Below, in pieces: positions 55,117-64,000 of a DNA stretch of 64,000 bases. Within the stretch, counting starts at the first letter, position 1. Each line of letters starts with the position of its first letter. The notes beneath the pieces were generated by a model. The model was not told where the DNA came from, made no database searches, and saw only the letters and a program-made list of their open reading frames with translations. Source of the DNA: Thermoanaerobaculia bacterium (GTDB lineage Bacteria; Acidobacteriota; Thermoanaerobaculia; UBA5066; Gp7-AA6); assembly GCA_038203955.1 (NCBI GenBank), contig JBBRDK010000001.1, positions 4,030 to 68,029 of the forward strand, given 5' to 3'. Made by a program: the position numbers and the translations under genes.

Positions 55117-55590
55117 ATGGGCCCAGCCCTCTTCGCCCGGGAGGTCGAGGGGGAGGCTGACGCGTCGAAGCTGCGGATCACGGTCGTGTGCGCCCGCTGG
55201 AATCCGACCGTCACGGACGCTCTTCTCTCCTCCGCGCTCGGAGCCCTCGCGGAATGCGGCGCGAAGCCGGGGAACGTGATGGTCGTCCGTGTCCCGGGCG
55301 CCTTCGAGCTGCCGGCCGCTTCCCGCCTCGCTCTCGCCTCGAAGACCTGCGATGCCGTCGTCGCTCTCGGGGCGATCGTGCGCGGCGAGACCACTCATCA
55401 CGAGGTCCTGGGAAATGCCGTGGGCGCTGCGCTCGCGTCTCTCTCCGCGGAGACGGGCCGGCCGATCGGATTCGGCCTGTTGACCTGCGAAACCATGGAA
55501 CAGGCCCGGGCCCGCACGGGCAAGGGCGCGGAAGCGGCGGAGGCGGCGGTCGAGATGGCCAACCTCCGGCGCCGGATGCGGGCGAGCTGA
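55117..55590 (+). CDS. ribH: 6,7-dimethyl-8-ribityllumazine synthase
   Basis: ATG 55117 is preferred over TTG 55090. It has RITVVCARWNPTVTDALLSSAL, VPGAFELP and LGAIVRGETTHHE. Confidence 0.9.
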   Translation: MGPALFAREVEGEADASKLRITVVCARWNPTVTDALLSSALGALAECGAKPGNVMVVRVPGAFELPAASRLALASKTCDAVVALGAIVRGETTHHEVLGNAVGAALASLSAETGRPIGFGLLTCETMEQARARTGKGAEAAEAAVEMANLRRRMRAS

Positions 55591-56012
55591 TGGGGGCGCG
55601 GCGCAAGGCGCGGGAGCTCGCGCTCCAGATGCTTTTCGAGAACGACGTGGCCGGCACCGCTCCCCAGGAGATGTTCGACCGCAGCTCGGACCTGCAGAAG
55701 GCGTCCGCGACACTGCGCGATTTCACCGAGCGGCTCGTTTCCGGGACGCTGACCCGCCGCGAAGAGCTCGACGAGATCATCACCCGGCAGGCGGACCACT
55801 GGCGCCTGGCCCGCATGCCGATCGTCGATCGCAACATCCTGAGGCTCGCCCTCTTTGAGCTCCTCCACGAGCCGGCCACCCCGCGGCCCGTGGTGATCGA
55901 CGAAGCGCTCGAAATCGCCAAGCGGTTCTCCACACCCCGGTCCTCGCAGTTCATCAACGGCATCCTGGACGGGGTGCTGAAGTCCCGGCCCGGCGAAGGT
56001 CCGGCGGCGTGA
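55590..56012 (+). CDS. nusB: Transcription antitermination factor NusB
   Basis: The ATG at 55590 overlaps the ribH stop (TGATG). It has RRKARELALQMLFE, DRNILRLALFELL and INGILDG. Confidence 0.9.
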   Translation: MGARRKARELALQMLFENDVAGTAPQEMFDRSSDLQKASATLRDFTERLVSGTLTRREELDEIITRQADHWRLARMPIVDRNILRLALFELLHEPATPRPVVIDEALEIAKRFSTPRSSQFINGILDGVLKSRPGEGPAA

Positions 56013-56785
56013 CCGGGCGCGCCGGCGCCCTGTTCGCCTGCGCCCTCGGGATCGCCGGAATCGCGGGAATCGCCGGAGCGGGGGAGCAGTCCGCCGCGTA
56101 CCGCGCGTCGGGAACGGACGCGCGCCTGTTCGATCAGTACGACAACGACGGGTATTCGATGGCGGTCGTCGCCATGGAAGGCTCGCTCGAGCTGCGCGTG
56201 CGCGTCTCGGATGCCCCTCTCGAGAGCTCCGCTCCGTTTCCGACGGGCGCAAGGCGCGAGACGACGCTCCCGCCAGCGCCGGACCGCGACGCGTTCGCGG
56301 CGCGCCTCGCTCAGGGCAGCCGCACCGCCGCCGAGGCGGTGCGCCGGGTCCTGTTCGGCGTCGCCTCGGAGATCCGGTACGACCCGGACCGCCTGCGCAA
56401 TCAGGAGCCGGCCGCGGTCTTCGCTTCGAAGCGCGCGTACTGCGTGGGATTCAGCGAGCTCGCGGTCGACCTGCTCCGGAGACTCTCGATCCGGGCGCGC
56501 ACGGTCCAGGGCGTGCTGCGCGCGGACCCCGGCGCCGATCGATACGACCCGCAGATCGAAGGCGTCTATCACCGGTGGATCGAGGTCTTCTATCCCGACC
56601 GCGGCTTCGTGTTCTCGGATCCCGCCGGATCGGTCAACGGGGTGGACGCGCGCTACCTTCCGTTCGACCGCCGCTCCCTCCGCCGGCCGCGCGCGCTCCG
56701 GCTCGAGGGACTGGAGTCCCCGGCCGGCGCGCTCGCATACGAGACCGTCCGGGCCGGGAAAGCGACGCTCCGTATTCGGAGATAG
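56009..56785 (+). CDS. Transglutaminase-like cysteine protease domain protein (secreted)
   Basis: The GTG overlaps the nusB stop. It has a signal-like N-terminus and the Cys-His-Asp core KRAYCVGFSELAVDLL...YHRWIEVFYPDRGFVFSDP. Confidence 0.7.
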   Translation: MTGRAGALFACALGIAGIAGIAGAGEQSAAYRASGTDARLFDQYDNDGYSMAVVAMEGSLELRVRVSDAPLESSAPFPTGARRETTLPPAPDRDAFAARLAQGSRTAAEAVRRVLFGVASEIRYDPDRLRNQEPAAVFASKRAYCVGFSELAVDLLRRLSIRARTVQGVLRADPGADRYDPQIEGVYHRWIEVFYPDRGFVFSDPAGSVNGVDARYLPFDRRSLRRPRALRLEGLESPAGALAYETVRAGKATLRIRR

Positions 56786-56878
56786 GTCGACCGGAAACCC
56801 TCCCCGACTCTGCCCAAACCCGGGACGGGAGAGGATTGCGCGTTAGCCTCTATCGCGCAGCGAGCGGGTGCGACGGAG

Positions 56879-56884
56879 TATATT
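56879..56884 (+). promoter_or_regulatory. -10-like hexamer TATATT, 12 nt upstream of the leuS ATG
   Basis: TATATT at 56879-56884. There is no SD before the ATG at 56897. Confidence 0.3.
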
Positions 56885-56896
56885 GGCCGGCCCGAC

Positions 56897-59374
56897 ATGG
56901 CGGAAAGATACGACCCGATCGAGCTGGACAGGAAGTGGCAGCGCCGCTGGGAAGACGCCGGCGTTGCCTTCGTCGACACGTCCGACGGCGCGGACAAGTT
57001 CTACATGTTGAACATGTTTCCCTATCCCTCCGGAAGCCGTCTCCACGTCGGGCATGGCCGCAACTACATTCTCGGCGACGCCCTCTACCGGCGGGAGAGG
57101 ATGGCGGGCCGCCGCACGTTGAACCCGATGGGCTGGGACGCCTTCGGCCTGCCGGCGGAGAACGCCGCCATCGCGGGCGGCGTCCCGCCCCGGGAATACA
57201 CGACCGGCAACATCGCGCGGATGAAGGAGCAGCTGAGGAGTCTCGGCTTGCTCTACGACTGGTCCAAGGAGCTGGCATCGTGCGACCCGGCCTACTACCG
57301 CTGGAACCAGTGGCTCTTCCTCCGGATGTGGGAGCGCGGGCTCGCCTACCGCAAGACGGCTCCCGTGAACTGGTGCCCGGGTTGCCGCACCGTCCTGGCC
57401 AACGAGCAGGTGGTCGACGGCCGCTGCGAGCGCTCGGGAGACGCGGTCGAGATCCGCGACCTCACGCAGTGGTTCTTCCGGATCACGGACTACGCCGAGC
57501 GGCTCCTCGCGGGGCTCGAGACCGTCGAGTGGCCGGAACGCGTCAAGGTCATGCAGCGCAACTGGATCGGGCGGTCGGAAGGCGCGGAAGTGTTCTTCCG
57601 CGTGGACGCGCTGGCGGAGCCCATACCCGTCTTCACGACGCGGCCGGACACGCTCTTCGGCGCGACGTTTCTCGCGCTCGCTCCGGAGCACCCCGCCGCG
57701 GCGCGCCTCGCGCAGCGGTCCCCTTTCTCGGGAGACCTGACGCGTTTCATCGAGCGGGTGCGGCGCAGCTCCCGGCTCGAGCGCGAGTCGGAGACGGGGG
57801 AGAAGGAGGGGATGGACACGGGGATCACCGCGTTGAACCCGGCGACCGGCGAGACGATCCCGGTCTGGCTCGCCAACTTCGTTCTCCCCGACTACGGCAC
57901 CGGCGCGATCATGGGGGTGCCGGCGCACGACCAGCGGGACTTCGAGTTCGCGCGCCGGTACGGGCTTCCGATCCGGCCGGTCTATCGGTCGAACGCTCCG
58001 GACGCTCCCGAGCCCGACCCCGACGCCATGACGTCGGCCGTCCCGCACGGAGGCGTTCTCTACCGGTCCGGCGACTGGAACGGAACGGCAAACGGGCCCG
58101 CCGCGGTCTCGAAGGCGATCGACTGGATCGAGGCGCGCGGACTCGGCCGGGGCCGGGTGGGCTACCGGCTCCGCGACTGGCTCATCTCGCGGCAGCGCTA
58201 CTGGGGAACGCCGATTCCGGCGGTGCATTGTCCCGACTGCGGCGTGCTGCCGGTGCCCGACGACGAGCTCCCGGTCCTTCTGCCCGAAGACGTCGCTTTT
58301 CGCGGAGCGGAAGGAAATCCTCTCGAGCAGTCCGAGGCGTTCGTTGCGACGTCCTGCCCCGGCTGCGGCGGCCCGGCGCGCCGCGAAACGGACACGATGG
58401 ACACGTTCGTAGACTCGTCCTGGTACTACCTCCGTTTCCTAAACCCGGGGGATTCGAGCCGGATGGTCGACTCCGAACGCGCGGCGAAATGGATGCCGGT
58501 CGATCAGTACGTCGGGGGCATCGAGCACGCGATCCTCCACCTCCTCTACGCGCGCTTCATCTGCCGCGTCCTGAAGGACCTCGGTCTGGTGGAGCTCGAG
58601 GAGCCGTTTGCGCGGCTGTTCAACCAGGGAATGATCACAAAGTTGAATCCCGCGTCGGGGAAGATCGAGAAGATGTCGAAGTCGCGCGGCAACACGGTCT
58701 CTCCCGACGAGCTCATCGCCCGGTTCGGAGCGGACACGGTGCGCGTCTACACCCTGTTCATCGGCCCGCCGGAGAAGGAATCGGAGTGGTCGGAGGAGGG
58801 CGTGGCGGGGGCGTGGCGCTTTCTGCAGCGTGTGCACGACGTCTGCGCCCGCGCGGAGGCGCTGCCTGCGGGCGAGCGCGCCGCGGATTCTCCGCTGACG
58901 CGTCTCGCGCACCGGACGATCCAGCGCGTGACCGAAGATGCGCAGCGCTTTCACTTCCACACCGCGGTCGCCGCGCTGATGGAGTTTCAGCGGGGGATGG
59001 CGGAAGCGCTCGACTCGGGCGCCGAGGCTCCCGGCACGGTCCGCTGGGCCGCCGAGACTCTGGCCCAGTTACTTCATCCGGTCGCGCCGCATCTGACGGA
59101 GGAGTGGTGGGAAAGGTTCGGCCACCGCACGTTTCTGCTCGACTCTTCGTGGCCCGCCTTCGACTCCTCACTCGCGACGACGGAGCGGGTCACTCTCGTC
59201 GTCCAGGTCAATGGAAAGGTCCGCGGCCGGCTCGACGTCGAGCGGGGAGCGCCGGAGCCGGACGCCCTCGCCTTAGCGCGCGCCGACGAGAAGATTCGGA
59301 CGTGGATCGACGGGAAGGAGATCGCCCGCACCGTCTACGTGCCCGACCGGCTGTTGAACCTGGTCGTGCGGTGA
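56897..59374 (+). CDS. leuS: Leucine--tRNA ligase
   Basis: 825 aa with the HIGH-type motif (PYPSGSRLHVGHGRNY), the KMSKS motif (KMSKSRGN) and a CP1 editing domain. Confidence 0.95.
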   Translation: MAERYDPIELDRKWQRRWEDAGVAFVDTSDGADKFYMLNMFPYPSGSRLHVGHGRNYILGDALYRRERMAGRRTLNPMGWDAFGLPAENAAIAGGVPPREYTTGNIARMKEQLRSLGLLYDWSKELASCDPAYYRWNQWLFLRMWERGLAYRKTAPVNWCPGCRTVLANEQVVDGRCERSGDAVEIRDLTQWFFRITDYAERLLAGLETVEWPERVKVMQRNWIGRSEGAEVFFRVDALAEPIPVFTTRPDTLFGATFLALAPEHPAAARLAQRSPFSGDLTRFIERVRRSSRLERESETGEKEGMDTGITALNPATGETIPVWLANFVLPDYGTGAIMGVPAHDQRDFEFARRYGLPIRPVYRSNAPDAPEPDPDAMTSAVPHGGVLYRSGDWNGTANGPAAVSKAIDWIEARGLGRGRVGYRLRDWLISRQRYWGTPIPAVHCPDCGVLPVPDDELPVLLPEDVAFRGAEGNPLEQSEAFVATSCPGCGGPARRETDTMDTFVDSSWYYLRFLNPGDSSRMVDSERAAKWMPVDQYVGGIEHAILHLLYARFICRVLKDLGLVELEEPFARLFNQGMITKLNPASGKIEKMSKSRGNTVSPDELIARFGADTVRVYTLFIGPPEKESEWSEEGVAGAWRFLQRVHDVCARAEALPAGERAADSPLTRLAHRTIQRVTEDAQRFHFHTAVAALMEFQRGMAEALDSGAEAPGTVRWAAETLAQLLHPVAPHLTEEWWERFGHRTFLLDSSWPAFDSSLATTERVTLVVQVNGKVRGRLDVERGAPEPDALALARADEKIRTWIDGKEIARTVYVPDRLLNLVVR

Positions 59375-59389
59375 GGGGCGGCCGGGGGC

Positions 59390-59490
59390 CGGAAATCGGG
59401 AGTCCGGACCTCCCTTCGATTCCCGATCTAGTTGACCGCGGAGTACCGCGGCCGTCTCGCTCCCGTTGGTCGCTCGGCTCCCGATTTCCG
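59390..59490. repeat. 101-bp element bounded by a 13-bp perfect inverted repeat (CGGAAATCGGGAG / CTCCCGATTTCCG), containing the 59-bp core
   Basis: The left arm is at 59390-59402 and the right arm at 59478-59490. The core at 59425-59483 is identical to 54972-55030. It lies between the leuS stop and the lptE start. Confidence 0.9.
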
Positions 59491-59508
59491 ATTCCCGGCT
59501 CGCTCCTC

Positions 59509-60003
59509 GTGGTTCTCTTAGCGGCGTCCGCGGCCGGCTGCGGGTACTCGCTCGTCGGGACGAGCTCGACCCTTCCGGCTTCGATCAAAGTGGTTCAATT
59601 CGAGACGCTGCTCAACCAGACGTCGCGCGTCGGGGTCGAGCAGCGACTCTCCCGCGAGATCGCGCGGGAGCTCGCCAGCCGCGGCCGGTTTTCCGTGCAG
59701 TCGGCGGCGGCGGGCGCCGACGCGAGCTTGACGGGAGCCGTGATCGGCTTCGACCTCTATCCGATCGCCTTCGACGAGCAGGGACGGTCCAAGGAATATC
59801 AGGTCCGCATCACCGCGCGAGTCTCCTTGAAGAGCATCGCCGACGAGAAGGTCCTCTGGGAGAACCCGTCCTACTCGTTCCAGGAAAACTACACGTTCTC
59901 TACGAGCGCCGCCTCCTACGTGGATCGGGAGAATGAGGCGATCGAGCGGGTGGCGGAGCGGTTCGCGGAGAGCCTGGTCGCGAACCTGCTGGAAGGGTTC
60001 TAG
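59509..60003 (+). CDS. lptE: LPS-assembly lipoprotein LptE-like
   Basis: It sits in the conserved position after leuS. It has the lipobox-like AASAAGC followed by GYSLVG and LptE-like strands. The only canonical in-frame start is GTG 59509, which gives a very short signal peptide. Confidence 0.55.
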   Translation: MVLLAASAAGCGYSLVGTSSTLPASIKVVQFETLLNQTSRVGVEQRLSREIARELASRGRFSVQSAAAGADASLTGAVIGFDLYPIAFDEQGRSKEYQVRITARVSLKSIADEKVLWENPSYSFQENYTFSTSAASYVDRENEAIERVAERFAESLVANLLEGF

Positions 60004-60004
60004 C

Positions 60005-60082
60005 GAGTTGTCGGTCGTCAGTTTTCAGTTCTGAGTCGCCGGTGTCTCGGATCCCATCCAGATAACTGATAACTGATAACTC
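60005..60082. repeat. Two partly complementary heptamer arrays: (TTNTCRG)x4 at 60008-60035 and (CTGATAA)x3 at 60059-60079
   Basis: Read directly. It lies between the convergent lptE stop (60003) and rpsT stop (60086). Confidence 0.85.
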
Positions 60083-60085
60083 TCT

Positions 60086-60337
60086 TCACTTCCCCGCCGC
60101 GGCCTTCTTCGCCAGGCGAGACTTGTAACGGGCCGCCGCGTTGCGGTGGATGACGCCCTTCTTCAGCGCCTTGTCGATCTCCGAGACGGTCTGCGGGACT
60201 TTCGCCGCGGCGTCCGCGGGGGCCGTCGCGCGGTGGTCCTTCAGAGACGTCCGCAGCCTCGAGCGGACGCCGCGGTTCTTCGCCTGCCGTTTCGCGGTCT
60301 GCCGGATCCGTTTTTCAGCGGACTTGATGTTGGCCAT
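60086..60337 (-). CDS. rpsT: 30S ribosomal protein S20
   Basis: 83 aa beginning MANIKSAEKRIRQTAKRQAKNRGVRSRLRT. Confidence 0.95.
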   Translation of the reverse strand: MANIKSAEKRIRQTAKRQAKNRGVRSRLRTSLKDHRATAPADAAAKVPQTVSEIDKALKKGVIHRNAAARYKSRLAKKAAAGK

Positions 60338-60369
60338 GGGGTCTTCGCTCCTGGTCTTTCGATGTGAAA

Positions 60370-60407
60370 GGGCTCCGGCAGGGGGCGCTCTCGCCCCGCC
60401 GGAGCCC
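60370..60407 (-). terminator. GC-rich hairpin downstream of cpoB (possible terminator)
   Basis: GGGCTCCGGC (60370-60379) pairs with GCCGGAGCCC (60398-60407), with an inner GGGGCG/CGCCCC stem. On the minus strand it is followed by CTTTCAC. Confidence 0.45.
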
Positions 60408-60433
60408 GATGGTGATTCGTCCGGGCGCCGACT

Positions 60434-61318
60434 CTATCGAACTTCGACGCCGAGACTCTTCAATTTCGCCCGCGCCAGGCGCGCCTCTTCGGCCGAGGGG
60501 TACTCATGAATGGCGTACTGAAGCTCGACGACCGCCTCGGCCTTCTGCCCGAGCTCCAAGAGCGCGTAGCCCTTCTTGAGAAAAGCCGCCGCCGCCTTGT
60601 CGCTCTTGGGCCATTGTTTCAAGACCTTGTCGAAGTCGCTGATCGCCTCTTTGTACTTCTTCTGCGCGTAGCGGCTCTCGCCGATCCAGTACTGGGCGTT
60701 GTCGGTGAGATCGGTCGTCGGGTAGGTGTCGATGTACTCCTGGAACCCCTGGATGGCGAGCGCGTAGCGGCCTTTTCCGTAATCTCCGTACGCGGCATCG
60801 TAGAGCTCGGAAGGGGAGGGGCGTCCGCCGCCCGCTCCGGACGGCGCTCTCACGACCGCCGTGTCGGAGGCCGGAGCCGGCTGGAGAGGTCCGGGCTTGC
60901 CGGGGCCGGGTGAGGCGTAGGGAGACGACGTGGAAGGCGAAGCCGAGGAGTTCCCGCGCATCCGCACGAGGTCCCCCTGAGTCTCCGCGATCTGCTGAGA
61001 GAGCTGCGAGAGGCGCCGGTTGGTGTCCTCGAGCTTGGCCTCGAGCTGTTCCATCTTCGTGGTCAGCTCCCCGAGCCGCACGCCGGTATCCGCGTTGCTC
61101 TTCAGAAGCTGGCTCGTCTGAGCCGCGACGCTCGTGTTCAGCTTCGCGACTTCTTCCTTGCTCGAGGATTTGCGCTCGAGGGCCTGTATCTGCGTTTCGA
61201 TGTCCGTCATCTGGCGGTGGAGGCCTTCGATGTCGCTCGAGGAGACGCAGCCCGCTCCCGCCAGCACGGCCGACAGGAGCAGGGCGGAGAGGGTGAGAGA
61301 ACGCCGGGGAAAGGTCAT
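60434..61318 (-). CDS. cpoB: Tol-Pal system protein CpoB/YbgF
   Basis: 294 aa with a signal/lipobox-like N-terminus, a coiled coil and C-terminal TPR repeats (YDAAYGDYGKGRYALAIQGFQEYIDTYP...AQYWIGESRY). Confidence 0.85.
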   Translation of the reverse strand: MTFPRRSLTLSALLLSAVLAGAGCVSSSDIEGLHRQMTDIETQIQALERKSSSKEEVAKLNTSVAAQTSQLLKSNADTGVRLGELTTKMEQLEAKLEDTNRRLSQLSQQIAETQGDLVRMRGNSSASPSTSSPYASPGPGKPGPLQPAPASDTAVVRAPSGAGGGRPSPSELYDAAYGDYGKGRYALAIQGFQEYIDTYPTTDLTDNAQYWIGESRYAQKKYKEAISDFDKVLKQWPKSDKAAAAFLKKGYALLELGQKAEAVVELQYAIHEYPSAEEARLARAKLKSLGVEVR

Positions 61319-61321
61319 CTC

Positions 61322-61885
61322 TTATTTCGCCGTGAAGAGAAAGTGCGCGCGGCGATTCTGCTGCCAGCACTCTTCGGACTCGGCGTTGCAGAAGGGGCGC
61401 TCCTTGCCGTAGGAGACGGTGCGGATCCGGGAGCCGTCGATCCCGAGCGACGTCAGGTATTCGCGGGCGGCATTCGCGCGGCGGTCTCCGAGCGCGAGGT
61501 TGTATTCCGTGGTGCCCCGGCTGTCGCAGTGGCCCTCGATCAGAAACTGCGTCGTCGAATGGCCCTTCAGCCAGGTTGCGTTCGCCGCCAGCGCGGTGCG
61601 CGCGTCATCGCGGAGGTCCGCCTGGTTGTAGTCGAAGAACGCGTCCTGCAGGTATCCGCGGCGGTTCATCTCCTCGACGCTCCCGGGCAAGGCGTCGCTC
61701 GCGACGTCCTGCGGCGTGCGGTTGGAGGGCGGCGACACGCGCGTCTCCCCGGGCGACGTCGGCGATTCCGACGCCGATCTGGCCGATTCTGTGGTGGTGG
61801 GGGGCTTCTTCTTGCATGCGGCAAACGGCAGCATCGCTGCCAGGACGAACAGCACCGCGGTGGGCTTGGTCCAGTTCCTCTTCAT
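61322..61885 (-). CDS. pal: Peptidoglycan-associated lipoprotein Pal (OmpA family)
   Basis: It has the lipobox LPFAAC and an OmpA_C domain: FFDYNQADLRDDARTALAANA, EGHCDSRGTTEYNLALGDRRA. Confidence 0.9.
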   Translation of the reverse strand: MKRNWTKPTAVLFVLAAMLPFAACKKKPPTTTESARSASESPTSPGETRVSPPSNRTPQDVASDALPGSVEEMNRRGYLQDAFFDYNQADLRDDARTALAANATWLKGHSTTQFLIEGHCDSRGTTEYNLALGDRRANAAREYLTSLGIDGSRIRTVSYGKERPFCNAESEECWQQNRRAHFLFTAK

Positions 61886-61967
61886 TCCCGTCTCCTTGTT
61901 CTTAAAGCGGCTTGCGCGAGCGAACGCGGGAGCCTGAATTTATAACAATACGAGTCTTTTACGCAGG

Positions 61968-63302
61968 TTAAGGCAGCCAGACAGGTTGCATGTTCGAGCC
62001 GCCTCCGTTCGTCAGCTGGCGCTTGTTCTTCCCGTCTGCCGCGTCCATCGTGTAGATCTGGGTGGACCCCGCGCGTCGGGCCTGAAAAACGATCTTCGTG
62101 CCGTCGGGCGACCAGGCGGGGTGCCCGTTGGCGCCGTCCGACGTCAGCTGGACCGTGTTTCCGGTCGCGAAATCCATCACGCAGATGTTGAAGTCCCCCT
62201 CGTTGCGGCAGGCGAAGGCGATCTTGTCGCCCTTCGGGGACCAGGCGGCCTCGTCGTTCCAGTTTCCCGCAAACGTCATGCGCCGCGAGCCCGTCCCCTC
62301 CGCGTCCATCACCCAGATCTGGGGAGTCCCCGTCTGGTCGGACGTGTAGAGGATCTGGCGCCCCGTCGGCGACCAGTCCGGAGAGGCCTCGAGGGCGCGT
62401 GTGCTGGTCAGGCGGCGGAGGCCTCCGCCGCCGGCGTTCATCACGTAGATGTCGGGGTTTCCTTTGGATGAGCCGGAAAACGCGATGAGCGAGCCGTCGG
62501 GCGAGAGCGCCGGCGAGGCGTTCAGCTCGAGGCCCGTGGACAGCTCGCGCTGTCCGCTGCCGTCGGCGCTCATCGTCCAGACCTGCGGGTAGCGGTGGAC
62601 GTAGCTCGTGAACACGACCTTTCCCGCGTGCGCATCCGGGTTCAAGACGAGCGAGTGGTGATTGGTGAGCCGCCGCGGGTTGCGGCCGTCGAAGTCCATC
62701 GCGTAGATCTCCTTCGTCCGGGCCCCGTCGCGGTCCGAGACGAAGAGGATCGTCGAGAGAAACGACCCCGCCTGACCCGTGAACTCCTTGATCAGGTCGT
62801 TGGCCAGCGTGTGCGCGATCCTCTCGACGTAGGTCGCCCCGCCGGAGTAGCGCCGGCCGAAGATGAGCTTCCGCGACTTCAGGTCCCAGACGCGCGCTTC
62901 GACGGAGACGCGGTCCCCGGCGACGTCGCCCCGCGTGTCGACTAAGACCTCTGCGCCCGTCGAAAGCCACCGCCCGGCAGCCTCGGAACCGGCGACGTCG
63001 CGGGAGCCGGACGGCTCCGTGCGGGCGTCCGTCACGACGAAGGCGTTCGAATACTCGAGGTCCGAGCGCAGCGTCGCGGTGAAGGGCTCCGAGACGCGCG
63101 ATTGGAGCGCCGCGACCCCGGGGGCTAAGAGGGGCGGGACGGCCATCGACATCTTCCGCCCGCTCGGGCCGGTGATGACGATGACGCCTCCCTCCGGCCT
63201 CGGCGCGGCGGGCGCCGGCGGGGGGGTCTGCGCGGCCGCCGCGGCTGCGAGGCCCGCGAGGAGAAGGGCGGCCCATCCACGAAAAGGCAGCGTCCGTCTC
63301 AC
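61968..63302 (-). CDS. tolB: Tol-Pal system beta-propeller protein TolB
   Basis: 444 aa with a signal peptide and repeated PxWSPDG blades (PALSPDGS, PDWSPTG, AAWSPKG, PAWSPDG). Confidence 0.9.
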   Translation of the reverse strand: MRRTLPFRGWAALLLAGLAAAAAAQTPPPAPAAPRPEGGVIVITGPSGRKMSMAVPPLLAPGVAALQSRVSEPFTATLRSDLEYSNAFVVTDARTEPSGSRDVAGSEAAGRWLSTGAEVLVDTRGDVAGDRVSVEARVWDLKSRKLIFGRRYSGGATYVERIAHTLANDLIKEFTGQAGSFLSTILFVSDRDGARTKEIYAMDFDGRNPRRLTNHHSLVLNPDAHAGKVVFTSYVHRYPQVWTMSADGSGQRELSTGLELNASPALSPDGSLIAFSGSSKGNPDIYVMNAGGGGLRRLTSTRALEASPDWSPTGRQILYTSDQTGTPQIWVMDAEGTGSRRMTFAGNWNDEAAWSPKGDKIAFACRNEGDFNICVMDFATGNTVQLTSDGANGHPAWSPDGTKIVFQARRAGSTQIYTMDAADGKNKRQLTNGGGSNMQPVWLP

Positions 63303-64000
63303 TCGAAGAGCACCGAGAGCCCGACGTGGCTCGACTGGAACTCCGAGGGAAGCGGTGGAAGAGGCGAAGAGGCGAGGACGGCCCGCAGCGCGGCGCGATC
63401 CACGAAGGGAAGGCCGCTCGTCGTGACGATCTCCGCGTCCGAGATGGTGCCGTCGCGCTGAATCGTGAAGTGGATCACCGGAGACGTGGGCATGCTCGTC
63501 GCCGGCTTGAACCAGTTCGTCTCGATCGCGACCTTCACCCGCTCGTAGTAATACGGATAGTTGAAGCCGGGCTGGTCGAACGTGAGCCCGCCGACCCCGG
63601 CGCCCGGCCCCGTGCCGCTGCCCGACCCCGTCCCCCCCTCGGAGGTGGACGGCGCCGAAGGTGCTCCGGTCGTTGGCGGTCCCGGAGACGTCACCTTCGA
63701 CTTGCCCTTCGGATCGCTGAACGCCGGAAGCGGCGGGTTCTTCTTCGTATCTTCGCGGGCCGGCAGCAGCTTGGCTTTTTCCGAGGGCGGCGGAGGCACC
63801 TCGTCCGGGGGCTTCAGGATCTTCGGCTTCTCGGGCTCGGCGGCGGCGGGAGCGGGGGCGAGGTCGACGGCGTGTCCGCGGAGCGACCCCGCCGACTGGA
63901 GACGTACCGCGAGGGTGCGGCCCGGCACGAATCGCTTAGGAGAGGAGAGGGAGGAGGCGAGGAGGATGATCCCGATCCCGGCGTGGAGGAGGAGAGCGAG
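63299..64000 (-). CDS. TolA/TonB-family protein, partial (N-terminus beyond the window end)
   Basis: The frame stays open to position 64000 and encodes the TM helix LALLLHAGIGIILLASS. It has a Pro-rich linker (PPDEVPPPP) and a TonB_C-like end. Its stop overlaps the tolB start. Confidence 0.7.
   Translation of the reverse strand, partial: LALLLHAGIGIILLASSLSSPKRFVPGRTLAVRLQSAGSLRGHAVDLAPAPAAAEPEKPKILKPPDEVPPPPSEKAKLLPAREDTKKNPPLPAFSDPKGKSKVTSPGPPTTGAPSAPSTSEGGTGSGSGTGPGAGVGGLTFDQPGFNYPYYYERVKVAIETNWFKPATSMPTSPVIHFTIQRDGTISDAEIVTTSGLPFVDRAALRAVLASSPLPPLPSEFQSSHVGLSVLFE

Noticed and set aside
56786-56896. T-box or other aaRS leader RNAs upstream of leuS, lysS and asnS.
   Set aside because: The available upstream non-coding segments are too short or are filled by repeats. 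-10-like hexamers lie within 7-12 nt of the ATG, which leaves no room for a ~200-nt leader.

Overview
This is 64 kb of very GC-rich chromosomal DNA from a diderm bacterium. Gene content and synteny look Acidobacteriota-like, but that is inference only. About 58 protein genes can be supported, and almost all are core functions. They include three aminoacyl-tRNA synthetases (asnS, lysS, leuS), rimO, ribF, ribH-nusB, trxA, hpt-ridA, clpC and rpsT. There is a large envelope-biogenesis block (lolCE-lolD, bamA-skp-lpxD-fabZ-lpxA, lptE, tolA-like-tolB-pal-cpoB). Transporters include a ZnuAB-like metal importer without an ATPase gene, a PotD/AfuA-type ABC importer behind an OprO/P-like porin, and a MacAB-like efflux set. 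Signalling genes are a GGDEF protein, a DUF4388 protein and a GAF histidine kinase. There are also several GT-C-like membrane proteins. I saw no rRNA, tRNA, CRISPR, transposase, integrase, phage or recognisable defence genes. Most long ORFs in the six-frame track are Arg/Pro/Gly-rich antisense or off-frame artefacts of the high GC content. Several real genes start at internal GTG/TTG codons that overlap the upstream stop. The most unusual signal is non-coding. At least 11 intergenic loci carry head-to-tail arrays of 7-nt units in three families, with recurrent junction sequences. Two loci share an identical 67-bp segment, and one is bounded by a 13-bp inverted repeat. One array is read through as the C-terminal tail of hpt, and two arrays end exactly 17 nt upstream of -10-like hexamers. 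Secondary observations are: AT-only -10-like hexamers 6-14 nt upstream of eight start codons, which suggests leaderless or near-leaderless mRNAs; a DUF2064 / radical-SAM / metallophosphoesterase cluster co-directional with a porin and an ABC importer; a GnnA-like oxidoreductase coupled to lpxA; and long low-complexity inserts in MacA and several outer-membrane proteins. All functional calls come from reading the translated ORFs for motifs; no database search was run.
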